Positions 61,421-64,000 of a stretch of DNA of 64,000 bases are shown here, piece by piece. Below the pieces are notes generated by a model, which had not been told where the DNA came from, ran no database searches, and worked only from the letters and a program-made list of their open reading frames with translations. Each line of letters begins with the position of its first letter. Positions within the stretch are counted from its first letter, which is position 1. Origin of the DNA: Octopus vulgaris. Lineage: Eukaryota. Where the stretch lies: NCBI GenBank assembly GCA_951406725.2, contig OX597822.1:86676001-86740000 (forward strand), read 5' to 3'. Made by a program: the position numbers and the translations under genes.

Positions 61421-63187
61421 GACCTCTTTGGGTGAATAGGGATGTAGTATTGAAAAAGGTGGTTTCATAACAGATGTTAGAGCAGCTAAAGTATGATGCA
61501 GGTACAGGAACATGGCTACCTCACCTGGAATGAGAGAAAATAATGGTGGTGATGGGGTGTCGGTATATTCTCAAGGTACAAAAAGGGGAATAAAAGAGAG
61601 AGTAGAGCAGAACGTTGGGTAAATTGACTAGAGAGTGACAGATGGTGAATGGAGGTGGAGGTGTTGTCAGTGGTGAATATCAGTATGGGGGGGGTGTGTG
61701 GAGGAAATAGGTGTGGGTCAGTGAGGAAGGACAATTCATAAAAGTGGGGAGATGGAGAGTAGCAGTTTAATAAAAGCGTAGGTAGTTCAGAAATAGGGAG
61801 ATGATGTGAAGTGTTGGGGGAGAAAGGGATGGAGGTCAGAGGTATGTAGGGATGGATATAGCGAATAACAAATTTGTGGAGAGGTTGATGGCAGATATGA
61901 GTGGTGGTTCAAGAGAAAAGAGTGCTCAATGGAAAATTAAGTGGTAAGGGATGATGGTGAGAATGTGGGATGTGTGACAAAAGGATTGAGAGATAATTGG
62001 TAGCACAGAACATGTTAAAATGCTGATGGCAAATGAAGACCATATTTGATTGGGATTTGCTTCATAAGATGGCCATTGAATCTTAAACAATTCAAGATGA
62101 TAATCATTAATAATAATTGATAGAGAAATTCTCCATTTCTTTTAATATTCAAATAGCATGATAGTTATTTTTAACTTTGTGATTTGGTGGGCTGCTGCTG
62201 TCTATAAAATGCTAAGGTTTCTTTAACATGGACATCAGCATGTTTCTGTTGCAATCAACTTCATTTCTTTATTTGGAAATTCAAGCAATTTCTAACTTTA
62301 CTATTCTGTGCTGAACTTCTTGGGTTTTTGAGAGATTAACTACAACAAGCAGATAAATATATACATGATGTGCCATGGTTGCACATAAAAAGCGCCTGGT
62401 ACTCTCTGTACTGTGGTTGGCATTAGGAAAGGCATCTAGCTGTAGAAACCTTGCCAAAGCACAATTGGATCCTGGCATTGCACATCCCAGTTGATAGGAA
62501 AAATCAGACAAGGATGTTCAACATGGGTCTAAAAATGTCAAGGTATTTGTGCTTCGGGGGTTATGAAACCTAACAACATCGAGGGGTTAAGGAGGCACAA
62601 TGCTGGCTTATACAATCTTCATACATCTAGATAGTGGGACAGCAAAGTAGCTCTTGTTAGGTTCTCTGAGAGAGAAGTTACATATCAGTGAAACAGAAGA
62701 GCCATTTCTAAGATTAATGTAATCTTTTGATCTCATTTGTACATTTGAGGGTAATCTACACTGGTTTTCTTTTAGTTATAAGTTAGTTAAAAGTTACCAA
62801 GAAGGAGGAGGAGAGGTCACTGCTAACTTCTTTGAGATTGAAGCATAATAAGATCAATGGAAATAAATTTTGCTTGTTTCATTAGGCTCTAATATAATTT
62901 TTAAAGTAATTTTATTACTTTTTGACTTATCAAGTATCCTCAGAATTGCACTCTCAAAGGCAGAACTAGAAATGTAATTAGTTGCCCTGAGTAACAAATA
63001 AAAGAATAAATGAAAAGACATTTTAGTTCTTTTCAACTTTGATTTGACTCCCTGCATTTCTTTTGACCCATTTCATAGCCTCCTAACTTGCTAAATATTT
63101 TAGACAGTAGCTAAAAGGATTTAAAAATTATGTCATAAAATGTAAAGAGGTCAGAGGAATATTTCTTTTGTGGAAAGATTTATTGAA

Positions 63188-63430
63188 TACTAGACTACTT
63201 GTCACCCATTGGGTCACGAATAGTTCAAGGTACCTGAAAAAGCTGCGTATCTCGTGAATCCGTGGTCTGATTTACGTGAAACTTTGTATTCACATTTTAA
63301 TGGTATCTTACTTTCAAAGCATTTCCCCCATTATATGCTGATTTGGTTATTTATAAAGGTACCTGAAAAAAACCATGTATCTTGGTAACCCATGGTCCAA
63401 TTTATGTGAGATTTGTTTCATTCCGTTTGT
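63188..63430. repeat. Unclassified repeat with two ~58-bp direct units
   Basis: aaggtacctgaaaaa...gtatct...tggtc..attta.gtga.a.ttg at about 63227 and 63357. Confidence 0.6.
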
Positions 63431-64000
63431 ATTCACATGAGCATCTGATTCATGATGTCTCCTGCTTTTGTCTCCTCTGTTTCACCAGACACTCAGCTCA
63501 CCGAGTGTCCGATTCCTGATCTCTCTCCTTCTGTTCTGCCAGATGCTCAGCCCTTGCTTTATCAGTCTCATTGATCTTTCTATTCGCATGCCTCTCCCGA
63601 TCTTGGGTATATTTTGTAAAGGACCTATTTATACTCTATTGTGAAATAATTTTTTCTACAGGTTTTTTTGAGTGCATTCAGTGTATCCCACCTCCCAACC
63701 CGCTGCAAGCCACTTTCTTCCAGAAAAGAAAGGGGAGAGGGGTGGTGGGGACCTCATAGTTTCCCGCCAATGGAGTTTGTTTTGCAGGTTTATTTTTCTT
63801 TTCCCAGTTATTTTGCATACTTTCAAATGAATGTGACATCAAAATCATGTGTAAACGGCTCCTTTCCCCAGTAAAGGAAAGTTTTGGCTGCTATTTCTAG
63901 TGAGACATTAAAGATAGACTTTAATAATTGAGTTAAGGCTGTATCTTTTGATAATATAATGCCAAAACTCTCGATTCAGTGGCATAGATCACTTGTCTTG

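Noticed and set aside
51591-64000. SUMO exon 3 (expected D..EIHFKVK-like)
   Set aside because: No matching exon found by eye; probably beyond the window, though I could have missed it.

Overview
AT-rich, repeat-dense eukaryotic (animal) genomic DNA. The SINE/RTE repertoire and microsatellite load suggest a coleoid cephalopod such as Octopus; that is an inference. Two intron-containing housekeeping genes diverge here. (1) ATP-citrate lyase (ACLY) is on the minus strand: two coding exons at 7468-7617 and 255-377, plus candidate 5' exons/promoters at about 23.5 kb, 30.0 kb and 31.5 kb. (2) A SUMO1-type gene is on the plus strand: coding exons at 50975-50995 and 51519-51590, joined by a non-canonical GC-AG intron; the rest of the gene was not found in the window. 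Each gene has a CpG-retaining promoter domain. Almost everything else is transposon debris: many RTE-clade LINE copies and 3' tails, at least three tRNA-derived SINE families, R4/Dong-like, CR1-like, Jockey-like, Penelope-like and CRE-like fragments, a palindromic mariner derivative and hAT-type MITEs. None of the four real exons appears in the supplied ORF track, whose entries are TE remnants or noise. I found no convincing wholly new multi-gene system. The most unusual signals are: a 171-bp perfect-identity tract shared by two inverted RTE copies bracketing the SUMO promoter; a PHD-like C4HC3 finger inserted in the RTE reverse transcriptase; a fold-back palindrome array at the end of microsatellite-associated R4-like elements; and the GC-AG SUMO intron. 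Repeat boundaries are approximate (read by eye).
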